64,000 nt of DNA. Source: Chloroflexota bacterium. Its GTDB lineage: Bacteria; Chloroflexota; Chloroflexia; Chloroflexales; Roseiflexaceae. Positions 38,190 through 48,800 of this stretch are shown here, piece after piece. The notes under the pieces are model-generated. The model saw only the letters and a program-made list of their open reading frames with translations. It was not told where the DNA came from and did no database searches. Position numbers and translations under genes: made by a program. Position 1 is the stretch's first letter. Each line of letters begins with the position of its first letter. The DNA lies in assembly GCA_046300655.1 (NCBI GenBank), contig JBKCLM010000070.1, forward strand, positions 17,741 to 81,740, in the 5' to 3' direction.

Positions 38190-39560
38190 ATGAAATATAA
38201 CGATACGATTGTGGCTATAGCCACTGCCATGGGACATGCAGCAATAGGCACGATTCGCATCAGTGGCAATGATGCGTTGACGATTTTGCAACACGTCATG
38301 CGACCACGTCGCTCGGGAGTATGGCGACCACGAGTGGTGCGCTATGGGCATGTATATGATGCGGACGGCCGTGTAATTGATGAGGTATTGGCCTTTTATA
38401 TGCCAGGACCGGCGAGCTATACCGGTGAGGATGTCGTCGAAATATCGTGTCACGGCGGGCGAGTGGCCATGTCACAGGTACTTCAGCGGGTTATTGCCTG
38501 TGGTGCGCGCAGTGCTGATCCGGGAGAGTTCACCATGCGGGCGTTCGTGTCGGGGCGCATCGATTTGAGTCAGGCCGAAGCGGTGATGGATGTCATTCAA
38601 GCCCAGACACCGCACGCCCTGCGTCAAGCGCATGCACAACTTGACGGCTGGCTCGGCCAGCGCGTCGGCCAGTTGCGCCATGCCGTGATGTACGAGTTAG
38701 CAGCGGTGGTGGCACGCATTGATTTCCCTGATGAAGTTGATGAGACTGCCATCGATCGCGACGCACTGCGGCGTGTGATTGACGATATCGAGAGCATGGT
38801 ATCCGAGTCGCGGAGTGGCATGATGCTTCGTGATGGCGCCAAAGTCGTGTTGATCGGCCGGCCAAATGTCGGTAAATCAAGCCTGCTCAACGCATTGTTA
38901 CGCCATGATCGGGCGATTGTGTCCCCCATCGCCGGTACAACCCGTGATACACTCGAAGAGTACGCAGATGTGGGTGGCGTGCCGGTGCGCTTTGTGGATA
39001 CTGCCGGGATTCGTGCCGATAGCACCGATACCATTGAGCAACTGGGCATCGAGCGCAGTCGTGCGGTGGCTGCCGAGGCCGATGTCGCGTTAGTCTTGAT
39101 TGATGCATCAGCAGCGCTAACTGCACAAGATTATGCGGTGGTACAGGCTCGTGGTGATTTGCCGGCGATTTTGGTGCTGACCAAGGCTGATTTGCCTGCC
39201 AATGCCGAGACAATTGCACAATCAGTCAATTTGCGCCAATTGCCGTTTGTGGCAGTGATGCATGTCTCAACCCATACTCAATCGGGATTGCTCGAGTTAC
39301 AACAATCGTTGACGGCGTTGTTGCTTGATTATGCGCCGCCCAGCGATCAACGGGTCAGTAATGCCCGGCATGTTGATGCATTGCGGCGCACCGCTCTCGC
39401 GGTTCGAGATGCACTCGATGGTCTTGCGCAGGCACGCACGGCAGATTTGGTAGCCGTCGATTTGCAAGCAGCCGTGGCCGCTCTTGGTGAAATAACTGGC
39501 GAAGATGTCAGCGAATCGGTTCTTGATATTGTTTTTGCGCGCTTTTGTATTGGAAAGTAG
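38190..39560 (+). CDS. mnmE: tRNA uridine-5-carboxymethylaminomethyl modification GTPase MnmE
   Basis: DTIVAIATAMG...IRISG, GRPNVGKSSLLNAL, DTAGIR and C-terminal FCIGK. Confidence 0.95.
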   Translation: MKYNDTIVAIATAMGHAAIGTIRISGNDALTILQHVMRPRRSGVWRPRVVRYGHVYDADGRVIDEVLAFYMPGPASYTGEDVVEISCHGGRVAMSQVLQRVIACGARSADPGEFTMRAFVSGRIDLSQAEAVMDVIQAQTPHALRQAHAQLDGWLGQRVGQLRHAVMYELAAVVARIDFPDEVDETAIDRDALRRVIDDIESMVSESRSGMMLRDGAKVVLIGRPNVGKSSLLNALLRHDRAIVSPIAGTTRDTLEEYADVGGVPVRFVDTAGIRADSTDTIEQLGIERSRAVAAEADVALVLIDASAALTAQDYAVVQARGDLPAILVLTKADLPANAETIAQSVNLRQLPFVAVMHVSTHTQSGLLELQQSLTALLLDYAPPSDQRVSNARHVDALRRTALAVRDALDGLAQARTADLVAVDLQAAVAALGEITGEDVSESVLDIVFARFCIGK

Positions 39561-39563
39561 CTC

Positions 39564-40766
39564 ATGCGCATTGCATCTCCTCTGCAACGCCCACTCTGGA
39601 TTCTTGCCCTTGCAGTGCTTGGCATTATTGCGGCCCAAGGCACGGGGCAGATGATTTTTGCTCGATTTGGCTACCTGCTCATCGTGTTGCTTGGCATGAC
39701 CGTCATATGGGCGCTCTATGCAGTCAGCGGTATTCGCATTGAACGCCATGTGCTGACTCCACGCGTGGTCGTTGGCGATAGTATCCGTGAGCGTATCACC
39801 ATCACGAATGTGTGGCCTATCCCGCGCACGATGGTCGAGGTCATTGATGACTCAGCGCTGCCCGAACGTATGGCAGGCGTTGTGCTTGATCTTGGTGCGC
39901 GACAAGAGCGCCAACGCGTGTGGCGTAGCCGTGCCGTCATTCGTGGCGTGTATACACTGGGCCCGACGATTGTGGTTGGGAGTGATCCATTCGGCTTGTT
40001 CCGCATCGAGCGTCGTTTTGTGGCCCACGATCGCGTGCTGGTGCATCCACGCCCGCGGCAGGTGCGTTTAGCCGCAATTGGCCGTTCGCTCATGACCGGG
40101 CAGCGCACCAGCGGGCGTCGTACCAGCGATGACGCACCGCTTGTCGTCTCCGTGCGGGAATATCGCCCGGGCGATAGCTTTCAACGGGTGCACTGGCGCT
40201 CTACTGCCAAACGCGGGCAACTGATGATCAAAGAAGGCGTCAATGAGCCTGGTGTGTCAGCTTGGGTTATCGTTGATGCCAATGTTGCTGTACAAGAGTG
40301 GCGTGGGTTGAGTTTTATGCCGGGGAGTATGCCAATCCCCGATTCAACCGAGGAGTACGCAGTATCAGCGGCTGCTTCGGTGACACAACAGTGGATTGGT
40401 CAAGGACATTCGGTTGGGCTCGTCGCCCACGGGCTGGCAGTACTTAATATCTCGCCACAACGTGGGCTAGCGCAACGCCTTGCGCTTTTTGATGGATTGG
40501 CGGCGTTGCGGTGTGGAGGCAATACGCCGCTGAGCGATGTGTTCGGCTTGCATCGATTTTCGGCGGGACATACCGTGTGTGTGATTACGAGTGATACCGA
40601 TCCGGCTTGGGTTAACGCGGTAGCCATGCTCAAAATTCAAGGTGTTGATGTGTTTGTAGTACTCATCGAGCCACTGCAGTTTGGTGGGCGTCGAGATATG
40701 CAGGCAGTGCGTAATGCGTTGACACACGCCAATATCGATTATAATAGGGCGTCGTTCGTTCAATGA
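39564..40766 (+). CDS. DUF58-domain protein (vWA-like, N-terminal TM segments)
   Basis: VREYRPGDSFQRVHWRSTAKRGQLMIKE is the hallmark DUF58 block. Confidence 0.85.
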   Translation: MRIASPLQRPLWILALAVLGIIAAQGTGQMIFARFGYLLIVLLGMTVIWALYAVSGIRIERHVLTPRVVVGDSIRERITITNVWPIPRTMVEVIDDSALPERMAGVVLDLGARQERQRVWRSRAVIRGVYTLGPTIVVGSDPFGLFRIERRFVAHDRVLVHPRPRQVRLAAIGRSLMTGQRTSGRRTSDDAPLVVSVREYRPGDSFQRVHWRSTAKRGQLMIKEGVNEPGVSAWVIVDANVAVQEWRGLSFMPGSMPIPDSTEEYAVSAAASVTQQWIGQGHSVGLVAHGLAVLNISPQRGLAQRLALFDGLAALRCGGNTPLSDVFGLHRFSAGHTVCVITSDTDPAWVNAVAMLKIQGVDVFVVLIEPLQFGGRRDMQAVRNALTHANIDYNRASFVQ

Positions 40767-40776
40767 GGAACACGTC

Positions 40777-41625
40777 ATGTATATTTCTTTTGCCACAAAA
40801 ATAGACCTCGCTAGCTGCGAACAGAATTGTCAATTTGCTGCAGACCACCAGATTCCAGCGCTAGATATCGTGCTTACGGATGTTGCCCAATTGACACTCG
40901 CCCATATCAAATCGATTCGTCACCTGCTGAATGCCTATGGCCTGCGCTGCGCCACAGTGCACATGCTGGGTGTCAACCACCTGACAGTTGATATGGTCCA
41001 GCGCCAACAGCATCAAATATATCGTGCCTTGGCGTGTGAATACACTGCGGTGCTTGGTGCGTCAGCGTTTGTGACAACGAGTGGCAAACGCTCACACGTG
41101 CTCGATGAGAACGCCTACATGTTTGCCCAAGAGCTCCGCCCCACGATTACCACGCTTCATGCGAGCGGTATTCTTTTTGCGGTACAACCTGATAGTGCTG
41201 GATTTGTTGACAGTACTACGGCGTATGAGCGTATTTGGTCGCTTATTGGCAACGTCTATGGGGTTTTTGATCCGGTGGCGCTGCATCGTAGTGGTGATGA
41301 TATGCTGGCATTTGTACGCCATCACGCCGGCCGTATCGCCCATGTGCGGGCAAGCGACACGGTGTGGCAACACGGTCAGTGTATCGCGTCACCGCCGGTC
41401 GGTATGGGGGATTTGCGCTGGGGCACACTCGTGGGATTGCTATACGAGGGTGGCTATGATGGTGCGTTGTCGATTACGCCAGCTGGGAGCTTTTGGGGGC
41501 GAGCGAATCAACGGCAGCGGATGATTTTGCTGTCACAACATCATCTTCAACAATACCTGTTTGACGATGACCACGAGACTATTTTGGCCACCAAGTCAGC
41601 GTCGTTCTATGGTAGGATGATGTAG
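40777..41625 (+). CDS. Xylose-isomerase-like TIM-barrel protein (sugar phosphate isomerase/epimerase family)
   Basis: Length and periodic beta-alpha pattern with His/Asp/Glu positions (TVHM, AVQPD, HVRASD, LSITP) consistent with the AP_endonuc_2 fold. GAGGAA lies upstream of the ATG. Confidence 0.6.
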   Translation: MYISFATKIDLASCEQNCQFAADHQIPALDIVLTDVAQLTLAHIKSIRHLLNAYGLRCATVHMLGVNHLTVDMVQRQQHQIYRALACEYTAVLGASAFVTTSGKRSHVLDENAYMFAQELRPTITTLHASGILFAVQPDSAGFVDSTTAYERIWSLIGNVYGVFDPVALHRSGDDMLAFVRHHAGRIAHVRASDTVWQHGQCIASPPVGMGDLRWGTLVGLLYEGGYDGALSITPAGSFWGRANQRQRMILLSQHHLQQYLFDDDHETILATKSASFYGRMM

Positions 41626-41655
41626 GCGAAGTGCCACTCACACGAGGAGGTCGTG

Positions 41656-42651
41656 ATGGCAGATGGTGTGCGAATTGGTATTATTGGTTGTGGTGGCATG
41701 GCGCGTCACCATGGGCGTATGTTTGATGCACTGCCAGGTGCACGTGTCGTTGCGCTGGCTGAGCCGTCGCAATCAAATCTTGATCGTTTTATTTTGGAGA
41801 CTGTCTCCGACAAAACACAACTTCCCAACACGTACGCCGACTACCGCGAAATGCTCAAAAAAGAGCAACTCGATGGCGTGGTGATTGTAACACCTCATAA
41901 CCAACACTTCACCCAAGCCGTTGAGGCGATGCAAGCTGGTGCGCATGTACTTGTCGAAAAGCCGATGGTCATCGATACCGAAGATGCATTGGCCTTGATT
42001 GAAAAAGCCGAACAACTCAACAAAGTGGTCTCCGTGGCATTTCCCGGGCCATTTACTTGCGAGTTTCAGTATATCCGTGAAAGCGTGGCCCATGGTGACT
42101 TAGGTCAGCTTTCGCTGGTCACCGGTGTCTGCGCCCAACCATGGATCCAGCACCAAAAAGGCACCTGGCGCGCCGATCCGGTGCAGTCTGGCGGTGGCAA
42201 TTTGTACGACAGCGGCGCGCACATGTTCAATGCCATGTTGTATTTGACTGGACAGGCCGTGACCGAGGTGCAGGCGTTTGTGAATAACAAGGGCGAGGCA
42301 GTAGATGTGGCTGGCACGGTGATTATGCGCTTTGCGAATGGTACGCTCGGGTCAGCTGCAGTCAGTGGTGACTCGACCATCTTTGAGCAGGGGATTTATA
42401 TCCAAGGCACTGGTGGCAGTGTCAAGACCAGTATTTATGGGGGCACGATGGAGCATTGGCACAACGGCAAAATGGTCAAGTACCCCAATGTGCCAGTGAC
42501 TGACTCGCTCCAAGCCAACTTCCGTGATTGTATTTTGGGGATTGCCCAGACACCAAGTCCAGCGCTGTTGGGCTTGCGTCAAGCGCGCCTCATGGATGCA
42601 ATATATGCCTCGGCTGCAAGTGGTAAGCCTGTTGCAGTTGTCGCAGATTAG
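41656..42651 (+). CDS. Gfo/Idh/MocA-family oxidoreductase
   Basis: RIGIIGCGGMARHH Rossmann start and VEKPM motif. GAGGAGG lies 5 nt upstream of ATG 41656. Confidence 0.85.
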   Translation: MADGVRIGIIGCGGMARHHGRMFDALPGARVVALAEPSQSNLDRFILETVSDKTQLPNTYADYREMLKKEQLDGVVIVTPHNQHFTQAVEAMQAGAHVLVEKPMVIDTEDALALIEKAEQLNKVVSVAFPGPFTCEFQYIRESVAHGDLGQLSLVTGVCAQPWIQHQKGTWRADPVQSGGGNLYDSGAHMFNAMLYLTGQAVTEVQAFVNNKGEAVDVAGTVIMRFANGTLGSAAVSGDSTIFEQGIYIQGTGGSVKTSIYGGTMEHWHNGKMVKYPNVPVTDSLQANFRDCILGIAQTPSPALLGLRQARLMDAIYASAASGKPVAVVAD

Positions 42652-42722
42652 TGTGAGCCTAGTGGTGTGGCGCTCCGTCTAGGATGTGGTAGCCATGTGA
42701 ATGATTCACAGAAAGGTCTGTC

Positions 42723-43565
42723 ATGAAAGTCGGTATTTTGTCGGTCCCAGTGCGCGACATGCCCATCGAAGAGATGATTGCATGGGCAGCATCAATTGGT
42801 GTGCAACAAATTGAGTTGAACGTTGAGCCAGGTGGTAACTTCGATGCAACCAAGGTTACCGATGCAGACGTCGCTAACCTCAAAGCGTTGTTGGCCAAGC
42901 ACAATATCAGCTTGTCAGCCGTGGTCTGCTATTGGTTTAGCATGATGACCGGCGTCAGCGACGAGCATCGCGCCAAGTCCAAAGAAGTATTCGCTGCCGC
43001 TATCAAGTTGGCCGCCAAGCTCGACTGCAAGATGGTCGGTGCCTTGGCCGGATTCCCAACTCCGGGCAAAGACCGCAATAAAACCATCCGTGAGGACTTG
43101 CCGGAGCATATGCGTCCAATGGCCGATTTGGCCAAGCAACACGGCGTCAAGATCATGTTCGAGAATTGGTATGCCACCAATCTGCAGAACCTCGAGAACT
43201 TCGCCACCTTGTTCGAAGTTTTCCCCGATGCCCACATGGGTCTCAACTACGACCCATCACACCTCGATTGGCAAGAGATCGACTACATCGACGGTGTGCG
43301 TGAGTTCAAGGATCGTATCTTCCACGTGCATGCTAAGGACGTCTGGGTCAACCCAACCATCCGCGCTCGCATTGGTAGCAATGCCTCGGGCTGGTGGCGC
43401 TACGTGTTGCCAGGCTACGGCCGCATTCGCTGGGGTGAGTTCATCACCACCTTGCGCCGCGTCGGCTACGACGGCGTTATCTCTGTCGAGCATGAGGACG
43501 ATGCCTTTGGTGCCCAAGAGGGCTTTGTCAAGTCAGTGCGCTACTTGCGCTCACTGACCGACTAA
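42723..43565 (+). CDS. Xylose-isomerase-like TIM-barrel protein (sugar phosphate isomerase/epimerase family)
   Basis: IMFENW, NYDPSHL, FHVHAKD and ISVEHED are typical metal-ligand blocks of the family. Confidence 0.8.
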   Translation: MKVGILSVPVRDMPIEEMIAWAASIGVQQIELNVEPGGNFDATKVTDADVANLKALLAKHNISLSAVVCYWFSMMTGVSDEHRAKSKEVFAAAIKLAAKLDCKMVGALAGFPTPGKDRNKTIREDLPEHMRPMADLAKQHGVKIMFENWYATNLQNLENFATLFEVFPDAHMGLNYDPSHLDWQEIDYIDGVREFKDRIFHVHAKDVWVNPTIRARIGSNASGWWRYVLPGYGRIRWGEFITTLRRVGYDGVISVEHEDDAFGAQEGFVKSVRYLRSLTD

Positions 43566-43637
43566 ATTCCCTACATAACTACCAATGAACGGCGGGACGG
43601 GTGATAATCACTCGCCCCGCTGTTGTGCGTATGGCGG

Positions 43638-43652
43638 TATAATTTAGCCATG
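43638..43652 (+). promoter_or_regulatory. TATAAT box 6 nt upstream of the helicase ATG (candidate leaderless transcript)
   Basis: TATAAT is at 43638-43643 and the ATG at 43650. No SD sequence lies between them and no convincing -35 element is present. Confidence 0.3.
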
Positions 43653-45830
43653 CATATACCAGATCCGACCGTCGAACAACTTGCCGTTATCGCCCACCCG
43701 CTCCGCCAGCATGCCCGCGTCTTGGCAGTGGCTGGCTCCGGCAAAACTACCACCATCGTGTTGCGCGTCGCCTACCTCATCAAAGAGCTGGGCGTTGATC
43801 CACGCGGCATTCGCGTCTTTGCCTATAATGCCCTCGCCCGTAACGAACTCAAAGAGCGGATTAGCCTGCTGTTGCCCGACAAAGCCGACCAACCGCGCGT
43901 CGACACGTTCCATTCATTTGCCTTTCGCTGGATAAAGCAAGCCATCAGTGAGCAAGTGATCCCCGAACCGCTTGAATGGTGGCTCGACGACGAAAGCGAT
44001 AAATCGCGCCTGTTGATGCACCGTTCGATTCAATCACTCGTGCAAGAAGGCATCATCGAGGATGGTGCGGTCGATGTCGATGCGGTATCGGCTGCCATCA
44101 CCCTGTGGAAGGCTGCCCTCATTCCAGCAGGCAGCGAACGCGCCGCTCATGCGAGTAGCAGCGACATCCCACTCGTCTATGCCCGCTACGAGGAGATGCG
44201 GCAGTCGTTGCAGGCCGTCGGGTTTGATGATTTTGTCGGCATGATGCTCGATTTGGCCGACAATCATCCGCAATTCTGGCGCAAAGTCGTTGGTGGCTTG
44301 CGCGTCTTGATTGTCGATGAGTACCAAGATGTGAATTTTGGCCAGCAGTTACTCGTGCAAAAAATCGCCGCCACGAATGTCGATGTGATGGTAGTCGGTG
44401 ACGACGATCAGACCATTTATGAGTGGCGTGGTGCCCGCCCCGATTATCTCATTCAGCGCTTCGGCCAAGGATTAACACAGCGTAATATGGTCGATTACCC
44501 GTTGACCGTCAGCTTTCGCTTTGGCCCGCTGCTGGCCCAAGTCGCCCACAACGTGATTGTGCGCAATAGCGTGCGCTTTGCCAAAGACTTGGTCTCAGCG
44601 AGTTTGCAACGGGCTACGGCTGTGCAAATCATTGAGGATCGCACTAGCCAAGCTGGCATCATCGACCAAGAGGTCAGTGAGCAGTTGCAGACCTGGCTGA
44701 GCGATCATCCGGCCTCGTCGGTAGTGGTACTCGGGCGCACATTAGGGCAACTTCAGGCGTTTGAGATGGCCTGTTTGCTCAACGAGATTCCCTATCGCGT
44801 GTTGGGTCGCGGTCCGTTTTATCAACGTCGCGAGCATATGATTTTGGCCGATTATATGCATCTGGTGAACCACATTGATGCGCCGCTCGATGAAGCACTC
44901 GGGCAGGTGTTTATACGGATTGCCAATACGCCGATGCGTGGTTTGCAACGCGATTTCCTAAAGCAACAATTGCGCCAAGCGGTGCACCAGGAGCAGACGC
45001 TCCGGCAGGTGCTGGTTGAGTTGAGCACCAGCGAATCGTCGTCAGCCCAGGTACGTGCCCGCCTTGACGACATGCTCGCCATGTTCGAGCAGTTGACACG
45101 CATGCTTCGTGACGAGGCAAGTGCCTACGAAGTGTTGACCTGGTTGACGCAACAGTTACGTCTTGACGAGCATTTTGTGCGGGCCTACGGCCGCGGCGAG
45201 GCGGCCGCCGAGCGTTCAATTGCTGTGAGGCATTTGATTGCCGTCGTCGAGTATTTGTCAGTGCCGGCAGCACAGTTTGTCACGTGGCTCCGCGAGTTCG
45301 ATCATACCGCCGGCAAAGAAGAGCCTGAGCAAGTGTTGTTGACCACCGTCTACCGCGCCAAGGGCCTTGAGTACGACCATGTGCTTATTCCAGCAGCGCT
45401 TGAGGGCTACATGCCGGCCTACGGCAATTCGCCCGAGGTGTATGACCGCAGCGACCCCACCGCCGTGCCGGCCGGTTCGGATGCCATCGAGGAGGAGCGC
45501 CGGCTCTTTTATGTGGCCATCACCCGCGCCAAAGAGTTGCTGACGATTGGCGTGCCATTACCGAAGCCTGGCCTGGGTCGCGATGCTTTACCTACCGCCA
45601 CGCCATCGCGCTTTGTCAAAGAGATGAAACTCGAGCCGACCGAGCAGATTCTGCAGAGTGCCACCGACGACGCTGATGCGCTGACCGAATCGTTACTAGA
45701 ACACGGAGCTAGCAAGGGACTGCTGACGCACCTCGCACGCTATGTAGCCGATGATCCGCAACTCCTCAAGGTGGTGCAGTCATTCAAGGGTGAAATTTGG
45801 CCGATGCGCCCGTTGAAGTTAAAAAAATAA
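43650..45830 (+). CDS. UvrD/Rep/PcrA-family superfamily-1 DNA helicase
   Basis: VLAVAGSGKTTT (Walker A), LIVDEYQDVN (motif II), VGDDDQTIYEWRGA (motif III), TVYRAKGLEYDHV, LFYVAITRAK. Confidence 0.9.
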   Translation: MHIPDPTVEQLAVIAHPLRQHARVLAVAGSGKTTTIVLRVAYLIKELGVDPRGIRVFAYNALARNELKERISLLLPDKADQPRVDTFHSFAFRWIKQAISEQVIPEPLEWWLDDESDKSRLLMHRSIQSLVQEGIIEDGAVDVDAVSAAITLWKAALIPAGSERAAHASSSDIPLVYARYEEMRQSLQAVGFDDFVGMMLDLADNHPQFWRKVVGGLRVLIVDEYQDVNFGQQLLVQKIAATNVDVMVVGDDDQTIYEWRGARPDYLIQRFGQGLTQRNMVDYPLTVSFRFGPLLAQVAHNVIVRNSVRFAKDLVSASLQRATAVQIIEDRTSQAGIIDQEVSEQLQTWLSDHPASSVVVLGRTLGQLQAFEMACLLNEIPYRVLGRGPFYQRREHMILADYMHLVNHIDAPLDEALGQVFIRIANTPMRGLQRDFLKQQLRQAVHQEQTLRQVLVELSTSESSSAQVRARLDDMLAMFEQLTRMLRDEASAYEVLTWLTQQLRLDEHFVRAYGRGEAAAERSIAVRHLIAVVEYLSVPAAQFVTWLREFDHTAGKEEPEQVLLTTVYRAKGLEYDHVLIPAALEGYMPAYGNSPEVYDRSDPTAVPAGSDAIEEERRLFYVAITRAKELLTIGVPLPKPGLGRDALPTATPSRFVKEMKLEPTEQILQSATDDADALTESLLEHGASKGLLTHLARYVADDPQLLKVVQSFKGEIWPMRPLKLKK

Positions 45831-45841
45831 ATCGTCAATGC

Positions 45842-45881
45842 CCCCCTGTAGAGCCGTAGCATGCTACGGCTCTACAGGGGG
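45842..45881. terminator. Perfect 40-bp palindrome between convergent helicase genes (bidirectional terminator candidate)
   Basis: CCCCCTGTAGAGCCGTAGCA (45842-45861) is the exact reverse complement of TGCTACGGCTCTACAGGGGG (45862-45881). An A/T-rich tract lies on the addA side. Confidence 0.6.
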
Positions 45882-45888
45882 TAATGAT

Positions 45889-48800
45889 TTACCAACCAAA
45901 CGGTTCGAAGGCGGGGATTTCTTGTGGCGGCACGAGCGTGCGCCCTTCGGCGCATATCGCCCGGGCAGGGCAGTGGCGACAGTAGTGGTGCTCTGGACGA
46001 GCTGGGTAATCCCCCTCAACCAAATGGGTGGCTGCCGTTGCCACACGTTGTTGCGTTTGACGCATCAACAGTTCATCATTGGGGATTGGAATCATGGTGC
46101 CTGTACGTGCATGATAGACCGCAATTGCTGGGATAGATGCGTGTTGTTGTTGGCGCATCCATGCTTGGGCATAGAGGCGTAACTGGTCGCCGTGTCGCTC
46201 AACGATGCCGTCCATGCTCTCGTCCGTTTTGTAGTCGACAATCATGCCGTTCCATTGCCGATCAATCACGCCCGTCATTTCGACGAGCGCCCGTGGTGTC
46301 TCGATGCGCCAGCGTATTCGTTGCTCGACCTCGTGCAGTCGCGGTGGGTGTTGGCCGAGCGGTGAGGCAAGGTAGGTCGTCAGCATCGATATCAGTAGAT
46401 GCATCGTATCTGGATTGACGGGTTTGCCGTAGCGTTGTACCGCCAACTGGCACAGGTGCTGCGCATCGGCATGTGGGTGATGGGCATGTATCTCTGTGGC
46501 AAAGTGGAAGAGCGATCCAATCGCCCGGGCTGACTTGCCGACCGCCTGTGGGTCATCCGCGATTGGTAGTTCGATTGGCTCTTGGGCCAGACTTTGCCAT
46601 GCATCAAGATGCGAAGGCAGTGTGTAATGCCCGGCTGGCGCGTCTGTCCAATGTGGTGTGCTCACTTGTTCCTCAACTTCGAGCAAATCATCAAGCCCGC
46701 TCCGACGCTGGAACCGATAGCGTTTGGGGCATTGCATGAGTTCGTGCAATCCGGACGGTGAGAGCGAGATGATTTGCTTGCTGGCGATGCGCTGTATGTG
46801 TGGCCGCTGGTTAGCGATTGTCGGTTCATCAGGGAACGGTTCATTGATTACCGTCACATCAACTGGTGTCGTTGTAACACCATGAATGGGTGTGTCGTTG
46901 AGGGAATCGTACATCTTGCGGAACAGGCTGTCTCGTTTTTTGCTGTTCTCAGTCGCACTGACCATCAAAAAGCGTTTGGCACGGGTGAGTGCCACATACC
47001 ATAATGCAACAACTTCGTTGTATTTTTGTCGTTCAAGCTCGAGGGATGCAGTGCGTTGTGTACTGTCTTCGCTGCTCGGATCAACCAAAACGCCGCTTTG
47101 GAATGTCATTTGTTCGTCGGATCGCACATCAAATGCATGGGCATCCGGCACAAATACCGCCATAAACTCCAGTCCTTTGGCCGCATGCACGGTCATGATT
47201 TGTACCGCATTTGCGTTGGTTTTTAGTTCGGGCGATGCGCTATCAGGCTCATGCCGAATGCGTTCGAGTAACTCACGAATCAATTCGTGACTTGATCCAG
47301 TCTGCATGGCACGGCAGTCGTTGATGAGTTTGGTGAGCATGCGCTGGCCGTAGGCACCGTCGCGTTGCCATAAGCCAAATTGTTCGATTGTCGTGGCAAA
47401 CCATTCAGCTGGGGGGAGTTGCCATTGTAGGTGTTGTGCGTTGATAAGCGTTGTTACAAACTGTTGGATGTGTGGGTGTAATTCGCCGCTCTTCTGGAGC
47501 AAACGCCATAGGCTGGTATCGCGTTCTTGTTGGCGAATTGCGCGCAAGCCTATTTCGTCACAGGTGCGCGTCGCCGAAAGCAGCGCCCGTGTAAGTGATT
47601 GTTCGTTGGCCGGGTCGTAACAGGCGATCAACAGGTGAATCGCATCGAGAATCAGCGGTCGATGATAGAATGGATCGCTTTTGCCGCGATCAAACGGAAT
47701 TCCTGCACGTTCCATGGCGTTGGCGTAGATATCAAGGTGCGTGCGCTGGCGAAGTAACATGGCCATGTCGCCATAGTCAATACCGTGCGTCGTGTGGAGC
47801 TCACGCATGCGAGATGCAACGGCGTCAGCCTCGTTGTTACGATCGCCCATCAACCAGAATCGCACGCAGTCATCAGGCGCTGAGGGCGTTCCAGGTGGTG
47901 GATGGAGTTGTGCAGTTGCATCGAACTCTACTGGGGTATTGAACCGGTATGTGGCCAGACTGCGATTCGCCACGGCGAGAATTGGTGCCAGTGAACGCCG
48001 ATTTTCGGTCAAATTTACTGTGACCTGGCTCTGTTCTTTCATGTGCACGATATTTTGCACGTTTGCTTGCCGCCAGACGTAAATGGCCTGTCGTGGGTCG
48101 CCAACGACTGTGCGGGCAGCGGGGCCGTGTGGACGTGGAGTGATGCTTTCGAGGAGGTTGGCCTGCGCGCTACTCGTGTCTTGGTACTCATCAACCATGA
48201 TGTAGCGCACTTGCTCGAAGAGTTCGGGGAAGCGCTCCTTAATCACAGGTACGATTTGAATCAAATCATCGAGATCGAGTTGACCACGGAGACTCAAATC
48301 GTGGGCGCGGGCTGCGAAGTTCCACGCCAATAACTGGCCAAACAGTGTATGTTTGTCACTGACTGACTGTGTCTTTTTGATGGCATTGATAAGCTTTTCG
48401 GATGTGAGCCCCAGGCCTTTGGCGTCAGCAATCATCTGATTGAGTGTGGCAAATATTTTCTCGTCATTCCAGTCGATTTGGTCGATTAACGTATGCAGAT
48501 GGGCAATCGCCTCTTGCCAACCATGATCAAGGAAGCGCTCCCAACAGGCTTCGCCAATGGTATCGCGTTCGCGTTCCTCACAAAACGGTTCATCCGGGTT
48601 CAGGTTAAGGGCAATGCTCCGTTGCAGGGCAAGGCGTGCGGCAAACGCATGAAACGTCGAAATATGCGCTTCGGCCATGTCAATCCGACTAAACGGCAAC
48701 TGTTCGTTGATGACGGTGTACATGATGCGCGCCCGCATCTCGGTGGCGGCTTTTTCGGTAAAGGTCAACACCACAATGTTGCGTGGATGGAGCGCTGGGT

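Noticed and set aside
39564-40766. DUF58 gene as part of a MoxR/BatA-type aerotolerance operon
   Set aside because: No MoxR AAA+ ATPase or vWA/BatA-type partner genes are adjacent, since it follows mnmE directly. It is treated as an ordinary stand-alone DUF58 gene.
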